A stretch of 64,000 nt of DNA from Nitrospinaceae bacterium. GTDB lineage: Bacteria; Nitrospinota; Nitrospinia; Nitrospinales; VA-1. The stretch is taken from contig JBHHVU010000008.1 of assembly GCA_046754465.1 (NCBI GenBank), positions 1-64,000 on the forward strand, given 5' to 3'. Below, one piece after another: positions 40,087-50,099 of the stretch. The position numbers were made by a program, and so were the translations under genes. Numbering within the stretch: the first letter of the stretch is position 1; each line of letters starts with the position of its first letter. Below the pieces are notes generated by a model. It was not told the DNA's origin, did not search any database, and saw only the letters and a list, made by a program, of their open reading frames with translations.

Positions 40087-40864
40087 GGATCGCGTGAAGG
40101 TAGTTGGAAAGGGTGGCAAAATCTTCCAGCGACAGGGTTTCGCCCCGGCGGGACAGGTCGATGCCTCCGAGGCGCGTTTTTCCGTTGTCCTGACGAAACT
40201 GATTTTCCCAGATTTTCAAATTGTTTTTCAACATTTTCCGTTTGTGGAAGAAGGCGGCGTTGACGATTTTAAAGAACATCTTTTCGTCTTCCACCCGCAC
40301 CCTCGGTTGCGGCAAGGGGGTGAGGCGGACCAGCGACGAGTCAATTTTGGGCGGCGGGAAAAAAGACGTCCGGCCGATTTCCATGAGCCGTTCCACATGA
40401 CAGTGAAACTGCACGAACACCGTGAGCGAGCCATATTCTTTTTGGCCCGGAAGGGCGCATAACCGCTGAGCCACCTCCCGTTGCAGCATCACGGTCATGT
40501 CGATGAGACGGGACTGATAACTGATGAGCCGTTTCAAGATGTGCGTCGCCGCGTAATAGGGCAGGTTGGAAACCACCTTGTACCGGGGGCCGGGAAGGCC
40601 GTAGTCGAACCGGGTGGCGTCGGCCTTCAACAACCGAAAATTTTCCCGTCCCGTGAACCTTTTTTCGAGTTCGGCGCACAGCCGGGGGTCGATCTCGAGG
40701 GCCGTCAGAGGGTCCGCTTTTTCCAGCAGGAGAGAGGTCAGAATCCCCTTGCCCGGCCCGATTTCCAAGACGGCATCGCCCTGGGAAAGATTGGCGCATT
40801 GAACGATTTCACAGGCGATGTCTTCGTCGATGAGAAAATTTTGACCCAGGGGGCGTTTCTTCAT
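40079..40864 (-). CDS. rsmA: 16S rRNA adenine dimethyltransferase
   Basis: LGQNFL, VLEIGPGKG, VVSNLPY, MLQREVAQR, RRGETLS. Confidence 0.96.
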   Translation of the reverse strand: MKKRPLGQNFLIDEDIACEIVQCANLSQGDAVLEIGPGKGILTSLLLEKADPLTALEIDPRLCAELEKRFTGRENFRLLKADATRFDYGLPGPRYKVVSNLPYYAATHILKRLISYQSRLIDMTVMLQREVAQRLCALPGQKEYGSLTVFVQFHCHVERLMEIGRTSFFPPPKIDSSLVRLTPLPQPRVRVEDEKMFFKIVNAAFFHKRKMLKNNLKIWENQFRQDNGKTRLGGIDLSRRGETLSLEDFATLSNYLHAIHG

Positions 40865-41865
40865 GGTGCGGCGAAAATGGATTTTGAAAGCGATACCGCG
40901 GCCCGAATGGCGGATTTGAGGCTTTCCGGCGAGGCGGTTCCCGTCCCGGCGATATCGTAGGCCGTGCCGTGGTCCACCGAGGTGCGGATGATCGGCAGCC
41001 CCAGGGTGATGTTGACCGCGGCGCCCATGGATTCCATTTTCACGGGGATCATGCCCTGGTCGTGATACATGGTGACGATGGCGTCGTACCGGTCAAACGC
41101 GTTACGGGCGAACAGGGAATCCGCTGAAAAGGGACCGTCCGCGTGAAGCCCCTCGTTGCGCACCGTTTCCAATGCGGGAAGAATCGCGGTGATTTCTTCT
41201 TCGCCGAAGATGCCTCCCTCACCACAATGCGGATTCAGTCCGGTAACGGCGATCCGGGGATGTTCACAAACATGCCGCGACAGCCATCGATGGGTCAGCC
41301 GGACCGTTTTGGCGACTCCGTCCGCGGTTATTCGGGAGGCAATGCCTTTTAACGGGACATGGGTGGTGACCAGGACGACGCGCAGCTTGCGCCCGGCCAG
41401 CATCAGGGCGACATCCGAGGTATGGGTGAACTCCGCCAGCATTTCCGTATGGCCGGGATAGGGATAACCGGCCAGATGAATGCTCTGCTTGTTGATGGGC
41501 GCGGTGGTGAGGGCGTCGACCTCCTTTTTAAGGGCGAGGTTCACCGCCGCCCGGATGTATTCGACCGAGGCTTGGCCCCCCCGGGCAGAGGGACGGCCCC
41601 AGTCCAGGGTTTCGGACACATTGTCCAGGTCGATCAGGTCGATCACGCCTGGTTGGCAACGGGCTTCGCGGGGGGAGGCGATGGAGCGAACGGACACGGC
41701 GGGGGCGCTTTGGCGGCAAACCGATTGCATGAATCCGGCCGCGCCAATCACCACCGCCCGGCACACCCCGGACCATTCATCCTCCAGGAAAGCCTTGGCG
41801 ATGACTTCGGGGCCGACCCCGGCGGGATCCCCCATCGTTATCGCGATTCTTGGCAGGTGCTCCAA
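40861..41865 (-). CDS. pdxA: 4-hydroxythreonine-4-phosphate dehydrogenase
   Basis: ITMGDPAGVGPE, GHTE, GLNPH, YHDQG, RTSVDHGTAYDIAG. Confidence 0.97.
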   Translation of the reverse strand: MEHLPRIAITMGDPAGVGPEVIAKAFLEDEWSGVCRAVVIGAAGFMQSVCRQSAPAVSVRSIASPREARCQPGVIDLIDLDNVSETLDWGRPSARGGQASVEYIRAAVNLALKKEVDALTTAPINKQSIHLAGYPYPGHTEMLAEFTHTSDVALMLAGRKLRVVLVTTHVPLKGIASRITADGVAKTVRLTHRWLSRHVCEHPRIAVTGLNPHCGEGGIFGEEEITAILPALETVRNEGLHADGPFSADSLFARNAFDRYDAIVTMYHDQGMIPVKMESMGAAVNITLGLPIIRTSVDHGTAYDIAGTGTASPESLKSAIRAAVSLSKSIFAAP

Positions 41866-41951
41866 AACTCAAAATCCAGTTCAGGCGGTGATCGTTTCCA
41901 GCCCGGAAATAACGGCGCCAGGGTTTTAAAATGTTCCGGGAACCTCGCCGG

Positions 41952-43601
41952 TCATTTGGTCAACTTATGAATCCTTGCATGACCCTTTGCCGTGGCGGGA
42001 CGCGGACTGGCGGCGAGGACTTCCTTGCTCACGGTTTTTTCGTATTCCTTGAAGTTCTCCACAAATTGCCGCGCCAGTTCCCGGGCTTTTTCATCGTAGC
42101 TATCCGGGTTTTTCCAAGTGTTCCTGGGGTTGAGAACTTCCTTGGGAACGTCCTCTACGTTTTCGGGAATGTGGAGACCGAAAACTGGGTCCTTGAACGT
42201 GGGCACATTGTTCAACTTGTCGTCCAGGATGGATTTGATCATGGCCCGGGTATAGGCGATTTCCATGCGGCGTCCCACGCCATAGGCCCCGCCGGTCCAT
42301 CCCGTATTGACCAGCCAGCAGTCCACGTTGTGGGTGGCGATTTTTTCACCCAGCATATTGGCGTACACGGACGGGTGCAGGGTCATGAACGGCGCGCCGA
42401 AACAGGTGCTGAATATTGCCGTGGGTTCCCGGCTGAGTCCTTTTTCCGTGCCGGCGACCTTGGCGGTGTATCCCGAAATGAAATGATACATGGCCTGTTC
42501 CGGCGTCAATTTGGCTACGGGGGGCATGATCCCGTAGGCGTCGCAGGTCAGCATGATCACGTTTTTCGGGTGGCCCCCCATCCCGGAGCGGTTGGCGTTT
42601 TCAATATGGGTGATGGGGTAACTGGCGCGGGTGTTCTCTGTCAGGCTGGAATCATCGAGATTGTATCTGCGGGTGTCATGGTCCACGCACACGTTTTCGA
42701 GGATGGTGCCGAACCGCCGGGTGCATTCGAAAATGGCCGGTTCCGCCTCCTGGGACAGACGGATGACCTTGGCGTAACATCCCCCCTCGAAATTGAAGAC
42801 TCCCTTATCGCTCCACCCGTGTTCGTCGTCGCCAATCAGGATCCTGTGTGGGTCCGCCGACAGGGTGGTTTTCCCGGTTCCCGACAGGCCGAAAAAGATG
42901 GCCGTCTCCCCGGAGGGCTCCATATTCGCCGAACAATGCATGGAAAGTACGTTGTGCTTCTGGGGAAGAAGGTAGTTGAGGACCGAGAAAACGGATTTTT
43001 TGATCTCCCCCGCATAGCTGGTGCCGCCTATCAGCACCAACTGTTTGCCATAGTCGACGATGACGAATACTTCCGAATTGGTCCCGTCGATGGCCGGGAC
43101 CGCCTTGAAATGCGGTACGTGGATGACTGTAAACGCGGGGACATGCGATTCTAACTTTGCCAGATCCTTGATCTGAACGAACATGTTCCTGGCAAAGAGA
43201 CTGTGCCAGGCCTGTTCCGTGATTACCCGGATATGGAGTTGATGCTCCGGGTCCGCGCCGGCGTAGCAGTCCTGCACATAAATTTCCCTTCCCTGGAGGT
43301 AAGCCAGCACCCGGGAATACAAGGCGTCGAATTGATCCACGCTAAAAGGCTTGTTGACCTTTCCCCACCAGATGTTTTCCTGGCTGGAAGGCTCCTGGAC
43401 GCTGAATTTGTCGTTGGGGGCGCGCCCGGTGTATTCTCCCGTGGTGACGCAAATCGGTCCCAGGTGGGAAACAATGCCTTCCTTGTTGCGAATGATGTGT
43501 TCATAAAGAACTGGAGTCGAAAGGTTCCAGTAGATCTTTTTGGTATTTCTTATGCCATGGTGTTCCAATCCCACCTTGTGCTTTAAGATTTTCTGGGGCA
43601 T
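41952..43601 (-). CDS. pckA: Phosphoenolpyruvate carboxykinase (ATP)
   Basis: YAGEIKKS, MHCSAN, FFGLSGTGKTTLS, LIGDDEHGW, NFEGGCYAK. Confidence 0.98.
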   Translation of the reverse strand: MPQKILKHKVGLEHHGIRNTKKIYWNLSTPVLYEHIIRNKEGIVSHLGPICVTTGEYTGRAPNDKFSVQEPSSQENIWWGKVNKPFSVDQFDALYSRVLAYLQGREIYVQDCYAGADPEHQLHIRVITEQAWHSLFARNMFVQIKDLAKLESHVPAFTVIHVPHFKAVPAIDGTNSEVFVIVDYGKQLVLIGGTSYAGEIKKSVFSVLNYLLPQKHNVLSMHCSANMEPSGETAIFFGLSGTGKTTLSADPHRILIGDDEHGWSDKGVFNFEGGCYAKVIRLSQEAEPAIFECTRRFGTILENVCVDHDTRRYNLDDSSLTENTRASYPITHIENANRSGMGGHPKNVIMLTCDAYGIMPPVAKLTPEQAMYHFISGYTAKVAGTEKGLSREPTAIFSTCFGAPFMTLHPSVYANMLGEKIATHNVDCWLVNTGWTGGAYGVGRRMEIAYTRAMIKSILDDKLNNVPTFKDPVFGLHIPENVEDVPKEVLNPRNTWKNPDSYDEKARELARQFVENFKEYEKTVSKEVLAASPRPATAKGHARIHKLTK

Positions 43602-43861
43602 GAAAAAGTCTCCTCTAGGGCAAAAATCCTTTGTAAAAAATATTTAGACGGGAAATATGGGAAAGCGTTATATTTCTCATTGAAAAGTATGGGAAATTTT
43701 CTAAAATAAGCGGCTGATAAGGCTTATTTTAACACATATCAGCCCTTCCATAATATGATATTTCCCCTCTCGTCCGGGTTTTCCCGGACCGGACGCGGCC
43801 TACAGTCCGTTTTTCCCCCATTCCAGGGAGTTTGAGGTCCCGGGGACGCCCCCTTTGGAAA

Positions 43862-44776
43862 ATGAAATTCTTCGACCGAAAATATGATCCCACCCGCTTC
43901 GAGATCCTGGATAAGGCCCGGAGCCGGTTCAACGAAATCTACGTGATTCAAAATGGCTCCCGGCGAGAAATGTTCTTTAAGGGCGAGGGCAATTTTTATC
44001 TTCAAAGCAGTTTCGACCTGCGTCGGATGGAATCCCTGATACTGGTTTATTCCCGAATGATGCTGGCATCGCTTTTGTTTCGGCCTGCGCCGCGCCGGAT
44101 TTTAATGATCGGCCTGGGCGGCGGCTCGATCGCGGACTGGCTCCACCAACGGTTTCCCGAAGGCCATCTCGATGTGGTGGAGGTGGATGAAAAAGTCGTC
44201 GAGTTCTGCGGAAAATATTTCTTTCTGAAGGAGACCGGGAATTTCAAGGTCCACGTGGGGGATGGACGCGTCTTCGTTCAGAATCAGCGTGGAAAGGATC
44301 CTTATGATCTCGTATTGCTAGATGCCTTTAAAAGCGGTTCCATTCCTTTTCACCTGAAGACGTCGGAATTTTACGAGGAAATTCGGGAGATTCTTTCACC
44401 GGGCGGGGTGGTGGCATCCAATCTGTATGGCAAAAGCAACCCGTTGAAACCCAAGGATCGCAACACCTTTGCCCACGTTTTCCCACAGGTTTACTGCTTT
44501 CAGGACCCGGAAGCGGTGGCTACGGTGCTGGTGGCGGTGGATCAGGATAAACCCTGGCCGGGATCGGACCTCCGCAAAGCCGCCGGAGCCCAGCAAAGTT
44601 CGTTGCCCTTTTCCCCGGCCGATCTGGAGGCCATGTTCCAGCCCGGTATGTTCAAGGATGAAGCCTTGGGGATGTTTCGGGATGAGTTTTCGGGAAAAGA
44701 TTTTATGCGGGTTGTTAAGGCGAATAACACCCGGTCCGGCGGCGATTCAACCTACCCGATCAAAAGTCATAACTGA
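43862..44776 (+). CDS. Spermidine synthase-like SAM-dependent transferase
   Basis: ILMIGLGGG, VVEVD, GDGRVF, YDLVLLDAF, IPFHLKTSEFY. Confidence 0.82.
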   Translation: MKFFDRKYDPTRFEILDKARSRFNEIYVIQNGSRREMFFKGEGNFYLQSSFDLRRMESLILVYSRMMLASLLFRPAPRRILMIGLGGGSIADWLHQRFPEGHLDVVEVDEKVVEFCGKYFFLKETGNFKVHVGDGRVFVQNQRGKDPYDLVLLDAFKSGSIPFHLKTSEFYEEIREILSPGGVVASNLYGKSNPLKPKDRNTFAHVFPQVYCFQDPEAVATVLVAVDQDKPWPGSDLRKAAGAQQSSLPFSPADLEAMFQPGMFKDEALGMFRDEFSGKDFMRVVKANNTRSGGDSTYPIKSHN

Positions 44777-44790
44777 ATGCCGGGTTGACC

Positions 44791-47700
44791 TCAGGAAAAG
44801 TTTGGGACAGTAAGTTCAAGGGCTTGGATTCGACTGTTGTCGAAATCGGCGGCAAATAATAGGTTCCCATGGATGGATAATCCTCCAATCTTCCCGAACT
44901 GTCCCGCCCGTTTACCAGGATTCCGGTAAATGGATACCACCTCCAGTTTCGAGTTGAGGTGAAGGATTTGATGGTACCAGTAATCCGTCGCGAAGATCCC
45001 ATAGCCGGGATGGCGGGTCAGGAAATAGATTTCTTCGCACGCGAGACTTCCTTTATGGAGGCCGTTGATTAATCGGTGTTCCGAACTGAAATGCTTCAAA
45101 ACATAGTTCGACCGGTCACTGACCAGGTACTCGCCGTCTTCCAGGCAGTACACGCTGACCGGCTCAAATAAATCCTCCGGCGCTTCCCCCCGCCGTTTTA
45201 TGGAGCGGACAAGTTTCCCCTTTGAATCGTAGATTTGGATACGGTGATGATTGGGGTCCGCCGCCCAAACCCGGTTTTCCCTGTCGATGGAAAGGGAAAA
45301 TATCGCCCCCAGCCTTTGTTCTGGTTCTTCCCGGTCTCCGAAAGACAGAACGAATTCCCCTTCGCGCGTAAATTTTTGGATGCGCGCGTTTTTTTCCTCC
45401 CCGACATAGATAAACCCTTCACGGTCCAATTGAAGGCACGTTGGAAATCTGAAAAATCCCGGGGAGTTTCCCCAGCCCCCGAAGTGGGAAAGATAACCGC
45501 CCTCGGCAGAGAACCGGTAAATTTGATGATGGTCGTAATCGGCAACGAGCAATTCCCCCTCTGGGGAATGAGCGATCCCATAAGGTTTCAAGAACTCCCC
45601 ATGTCGCGGACCGTTTTTCCAGAATGAGAATTTGAATTTCAGCCCGGAGGAATTTCCGACGGGAAAGCCGCCGGTCTCCCCGGTCATTGGCCCGCATTCA
45701 AACAGCTTGTTCACAAGGGCTCTGGCTTTGAACGCCCGCTCCAGACCGGATTCCAACTGTTCCAACGAGGCCTGGGTTTGGCCCAGTTGTTTCTGGGTTT
45801 CCATGAATTGATCCAGGTCGCCGGCGGACGGGGCCAGGTCCGTGGCTTCCAAAACCCCGGTCAACCGGGATACCTCAAAAACCCGAGTTTTTCGATCCCG
45901 GAGGTCTCCTTCGATTTTTTCTTCCAGCTCCGATTGATGGGATTTTATTGCGGCAACCAAGGGTTCCACGGCGGAAGGGGGTTTGCTGTTTTTGCTTGAA
46001 ATCAGCAGGGAGAAACCGAGGATCAGCCTGCAAAGGTTGTTGGCCTCATTGATTCCCAGGGTAAGGATCATCCGCCGTAGCAGGTTCATCTGAAATTCTA
46101 AAACGGCGATGTTGTTCTGAAGGGTGATCGGCGTTTTTTTGTCCTGGGGATTGACATGATTTAATTTGGCGTCCAGTTCCTGTTTTTGCCGGGTCAAGGT
46201 TTCCAATTGCCGGGAAATTTCCTGGTATTTGATTTCGTAAACCGTTTGATGATGCAAAATTTTCAGGAGCCGTTCGGCCCATTCCCCGCTCTGGTTTCCT
46301 ATGGCCTTAAGGGGATACCCTTCGCCTCCGCAAACCAGTCTCGATTCATCTTTTTTGAGGAGCATCCCTTCGATCCGGACCGCGCGCGTTATATCTTCCA
46401 AATTCAATTCCTCCGAATCAAACTCGACGGGGGAAAAATCTTCGACCCCGATATCCCGCGTCCGGACAGGGTCCTGCGTATCCCAGCTGGCGATCCGGGT
46501 ATCGGTCAGGTCTTTCAGCATGATCTCCAGGGAGGTGTGAAGCGGCCAATCTTCCTGAAACCCCAGCAACAATTTGGGAGGGGTTTCAGCACCCGGGGGG
46601 TCCAAGAACCCTCTCTGAAGGATCTTTTTTATTGTTGCCTCTTTGGGGAATTGAAGAGCCGCCCCTTTAAGAATACCCAGCAGGGTGCGCAGTTCGAACT
46701 GCAGGTGTTTGAGAACGTCCATCGCTCTGCGGTTGCCGTTGAACCGTGTGAGGAAGGTTTCCCATTTTTCCCGGTGGTCCGGCATCTCACCAAAAGCCTG
46801 CACCATGGCTTCCTCATTTTTTTCTCGTTCATCCATGATGCGAATCATGATTTGACAGAGGGAGGCGTACCGGTTTTCCATCGTTTGCAGGCACGGGGCG
46901 AGGCTGGCAGGGTCCCGCCCCGAGTTCAGGATATTGCCGAGGTATTCCGAAAACTTCTGGGCGGTTTTCCGGTAAAAATAGAACAGAACGCGAATTTCAC
47001 GAAAAAGGGTTTTGTCGCGCTTCTCGGCCTCGAACAGCTCCCGGTTGAACTCCCGAGGGTCTCCCTTGTCTTCGAGAATCGATTGCTGTTCCGCGATCAA
47101 GCGGACGTTGTGTTCCCTCGCTGCCGCCTCCCATTTCCGGTGGCAATCGAGAACCGCCTGGCGGTCCGCGTCGAGGCGCCGGCCCAGAAGCTCCAGACCC
47201 TGGCGCGGCAAATCCCCGGTCACGGCATCCTCCCCCCTGATGGCCCGGCGGCTGAAGTCCATGAGAAGGTCCACTGCGTCATGGCTGGGGACCTCCCCGC
47301 CGGTATTTTTCTTGGCGAGGGTCCGCGCCGCATTCTGCAAAGCACGCACCGCATTTGGGGTGTCCCCCTTTTCTTCCAGCAGCCGAGCCATCTGAAAGAG
47401 GAGTTCCCAGTTGCCGGGATCGTTCTGAATGCGCCGGTTGAGCAGGCTCTCCTGGGATTCCACCGGAGCCTGGAACTGAAGGATGTGCGTGTCGAATGTC
47501 AACCCCACGTGCAGGACTCCCCGGGGATCGATGGCTGTGAGACAGGGCGCTTGGATGAGCGCCGTCCCTTCCACCCCCCGCGAATCGAAAAGGAACCCTC
47601 CGTAGGAGGTGAATCCCTGAATCCGGTCATTGTTGAGGTCGGCGACGTATAACAGATCGTTGGGACCCACGGCCACGCAAAGCGGATATTCAAACTGGGC

Positions 47701-48423
47701 CGGACCCGTTCCCCGTTCCCCGAAAGCCAGAACCTGGTTCCATTCCCGGTCGAATTTAACGATTCGGTGGTTGCCGCTGTCGGAAATAAAAAAGTTTCCC
47801 AGGCTGTCCCGGGCGATGGAAGTGGGAAATTCAAAAATCGGTGGAGCAAACAGGTGAGACGGCGTTTCAAAAATGCAAGCGAGTTGTTCCTCCAGGACCG
47901 TTCCGCGGGTTCCCACCCATCCCAGAGAGTCTCCGTCGGGACTGAAGAATTGAATCCGGTGGTTGTATCGCTCGACGACGATGAGCCGGCCGGAAGGATC
48001 GATGAGAAGGTCGTAAGGTTCGTTCAATTGGCCCCGTCCCTCGCCACAGGAGCCGAAGACGGCCAAGGGGTTTCCCTGCCGATCGAATTTTTGCACCCGG
48101 TGGTTCCAACTGTCCGCCACATAGATGTTGCCGTCCGCGTCTACGGCGGTTCCCTTCGGGTAATGGAGTTCGCCCGGTTTGCCGCCTTTCCCGCCAAAAC
48201 ACCGGATGAGCCGGTGATCCGCATCGTAAATTTGAATCCGGTGATTGAAATCGTCGGCGACGATCAGGTTCCCTTCCGGAGTAAAAGCGAAACCGGAGGG
48301 AGGAGACGGTTCCGTACCCGCCCCCTCCTGGGGGCGGAAGGAGTTTTCAAAATGAATGAGGGGTCCTGGATCCGTAAAGGACCGAATGGCTTGATCCAGG
48401 GATGAATCGGAAGACGGAGTCAT
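44791..48423 (-). CDS. Large protein with N- and C-terminal NHL-repeat propellers and a helical/coiled-coil core
   Basis: Repeated P.G...D..GNIYVADSWNHRVQKF units at both ends, roughly 600 aa helical centre. Confidence 0.85.
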   Translation of the reverse strand: MTPSSDSSLDQAIRSFTDPGPLIHFENSFRPQEGAGTEPSPPSGFAFTPEGNLIVADDFNHRIQIYDADHRLIRCFGGKGGKPGELHYPKGTAVDADGNIYVADSWNHRVQKFDRQGNPLAVFGSCGEGRGQLNEPYDLLIDPSGRLIVVERYNHRIQFFSPDGDSLGWVGTRGTVLEEQLACIFETPSHLFAPPIFEFPTSIARDSLGNFFISDSGNHRIVKFDREWNQVLAFGERGTGPAQFEYPLCVAVGPNDLLYVADLNNDRIQGFTSYGGFLFDSRGVEGTALIQAPCLTAIDPRGVLHVGLTFDTHILQFQAPVESQESLLNRRIQNDPGNWELLFQMARLLEEKGDTPNAVRALQNAARTLAKKNTGGEVPSHDAVDLLMDFSRRAIRGEDAVTGDLPRQGLELLGRRLDADRQAVLDCHRKWEAAAREHNVRLIAEQQSILEDKGDPREFNRELFEAEKRDKTLFREIRVLFYFYRKTAQKFSEYLGNILNSGRDPASLAPCLQTMENRYASLCQIMIRIMDEREKNEEAMVQAFGEMPDHREKWETFLTRFNGNRRAMDVLKHLQFELRTLLGILKGAALQFPKEATIKKILQRGFLDPPGAETPPKLLLGFQEDWPLHTSLEIMLKDLTDTRIASWDTQDPVRTRDIGVEDFSPVEFDSEELNLEDITRAVRIEGMLLKKDESRLVCGGEGYPLKAIGNQSGEWAERLLKILHHQTVYEIKYQEISRQLETLTRQKQELDAKLNHVNPQDKKTPITLQNNIAVLEFQMNLLRRMILTLGINEANNLCRLILGFSLLISSKNSKPPSAVEPLVAAIKSHQSELEEKIEGDLRDRKTRVFEVSRLTGVLEATDLAPSAGDLDQFMETQKQLGQTQASLEQLESGLERAFKARALVNKLFECGPMTGETGGFPVGNSSGLKFKFSFWKNGPRHGEFLKPYGIAHSPEGELLVADYDHHQIYRFSAEGGYLSHFGGWGNSPGFFRFPTCLQLDREGFIYVGEEKNARIQKFTREGEFVLSFGDREEPEQRLGAIFSLSIDRENRVWAADPNHHRIQIYDSKGKLVRSIKRRGEAPEDLFEPVSVYCLEDGEYLVSDRSNYVLKHFSSEHRLINGLHKGSLACEEIYFLTRHPGYGIFATDYWYHQILHLNSKLEVVSIYRNPGKRAGQFGKIGGLSIHGNLLFAADFDNSRIQALELTVPNFS

Positions 48424-48557
48424 GCGGGGCACGGAGGAAATTTTTGGATGATTTTAGATACGTCGGCAAGTTCCGGGGGGAATTTAATCATAACCAATGG
48501 TTGATTACAATAGATTTCGGCCTGTGCCGGCATAGCGAAGTCATTTGCCAATATAAA

Positions 48558-50084
48558 CTAAGGTGCGGCCGCCGTGGAAGCCTCAATTTCAAAATCCGGA
48601 ACACCTTGATCCCATTCACGGTTGTTTAAACAGGAATCCAAGTTGAATTTTTTATTCCCTAAAACGGGTTTGGGGTTTTCCTCCAGCATGAGCAAAAGGT
48701 AAAGATAGGCAAAAGCCATTTGGTGGTTAAAACAGTATTGCACAGCCAATTTCATGCAAGATAAGGCCTGAGTATAATTTTTTTGCATCAACCTTATTTC
48801 ACCCAGGTGAAAATAGGTTTTACCCCTGATTTCCGGGTTGATTTTTAAATTTAAAACTTTTGCAAACAATTTTTCCGCTTCACTTACCTTGTTGTGTTGT
48901 TTTAATTCGGAAGCAGTGTGGTAAAGGGAGATGAATTCAGGCGCTGCCCCCTTGTTTTCAGGATTATTGTATAAATCGGCGCAGGTTTGGGAAAATTGTT
49001 TGAGATTTATAGCCCAACAATTCTGACAGGCGTGCGGAATTTTTTCTCCGTTGGAACAGAAATGCGTATAGAGAAAATATCTCATGGGAAATGAATTCCA
49101 GGAATTGTTATTTGGGCTCTCCGAGATATTCATAGGCAGTTCGATAGGCCCGCAACAAATATTTGGTTTGTTTTTGCCATGAAAATTTATCCAGTTGTCC
49201 ACATAAGGGCAGGTCCCGACGGAATCCTGCATTTTCTTTGTGTGTCCCAGGAACGTAATATGCATTTCCTCCCTATCCCACCGGGAAATGAGGGAATTTA
49301 TTTTCCTCTTGGATTCCTCAAAGTTGCTGAAAATGGATTTTTTGTACAGGTATTCACTAAAGGGAAGCATGGAAGACAACATGATATCCCTGATGCCCTT
49401 TCTTGATGCCGTTTGAATGACCTCATCCAGGTTATCAATATTTTCTCCGTTAATTGCGATGAGCAGCACCACAACAGGCAACGTGCTGTTTAATTCCCTT
49501 TTTTCTCTTTGAACGATTTCAGCTTTTTCCCAAAATTTTTGGATATAGCTCTTTTCCCCGGCACCGTGCCCAAGGGTTGTTTCCCCGTCAAAAGAAAGGG
49601 TGAGAATTTTAAGTTTGGATTGAATAAGGGACCGGATCCTTTTTTTATTTAGAGGGACTCCGCTGGTATAAATTTGGGATTCCTTCTCTTTGATTTTCCC
49701 CAGAAAATAGGTCGTATGGGGTGACTCAAGGGTTTCCCCTGCACCCACAAAAATAATGTTGGACGCGGATTCCAACCAGGGGGACAATTGGTCGAATTGT
49801 TCTGGAAGAAAATACTTGTAATCATCAAACAAAAAAGTTCGATCATGAAAACCTGAATTGCACATCCTACATCCGAGGCCACAGGTATATGAAGAGTTGA
49901 TGGTGATAAATTTCGGTTTCTCAGCCTCTAAGTCTTTGAGAGGAAGGGATTTGTTTTTCACCTTTTTCAAAAGATCCGAAAGAAGCCTTAAATCTCTCGA
50001 AGGATTTTTCAAGAGAAATCGAGCCCGGTCTAAATCGTCCGACAGAATGAAATGGGCCGACTCTTCTTTTAAGCTCTGAAACAT
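48558..50084 (-). CDS. Radical SAM protein with SPASM/Twitch-like and TPR domains (paralog 2)
   Basis: CGLGCRMC, GAGETL, LSFDG, C...ICC...WNS...CQNC, C-terminal TPR (KTYFHLGEI). Confidence 0.85.
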   Translation of the reverse strand: MFQSLKEESAHFILSDDLDRARFLLKNPSRDLRLLSDLLKKVKNKSLPLKDLEAEKPKFITINSSYTCGLGCRMCNSGFHDRTFLFDDYKYFLPEQFDQLSPWLESASNIIFVGAGETLESPHTTYFLGKIKEKESQIYTSGVPLNKKRIRSLIQSKLKILTLSFDGETTLGHGAGEKSYIQKFWEKAEIVQREKRELNSTLPVVVLLIAINGENIDNLDEVIQTASRKGIRDIMLSSMLPFSEYLYKKSIFSNFEESKRKINSLISRWDREEMHITFLGHTKKMQDSVGTCPYVDNWINFHGKNKPNICCGPIELPMNISESPNNNSWNSFPMRYFLYTHFCSNGEKIPHACQNCWAINLKQFSQTCADLYNNPENKGAAPEFISLYHTASELKQHNKVSEAEKLFAKVLNLKINPEIRGKTYFHLGEIRLMQKNYTQALSCMKLAVQYCFNHQMAFAYLYLLLMLEENPKPVLGNKKFNLDSCLNNREWDQGVPDFEIEASTAAAP

Positions 50085-50099
50085 AAAATTCCTTTCTTT

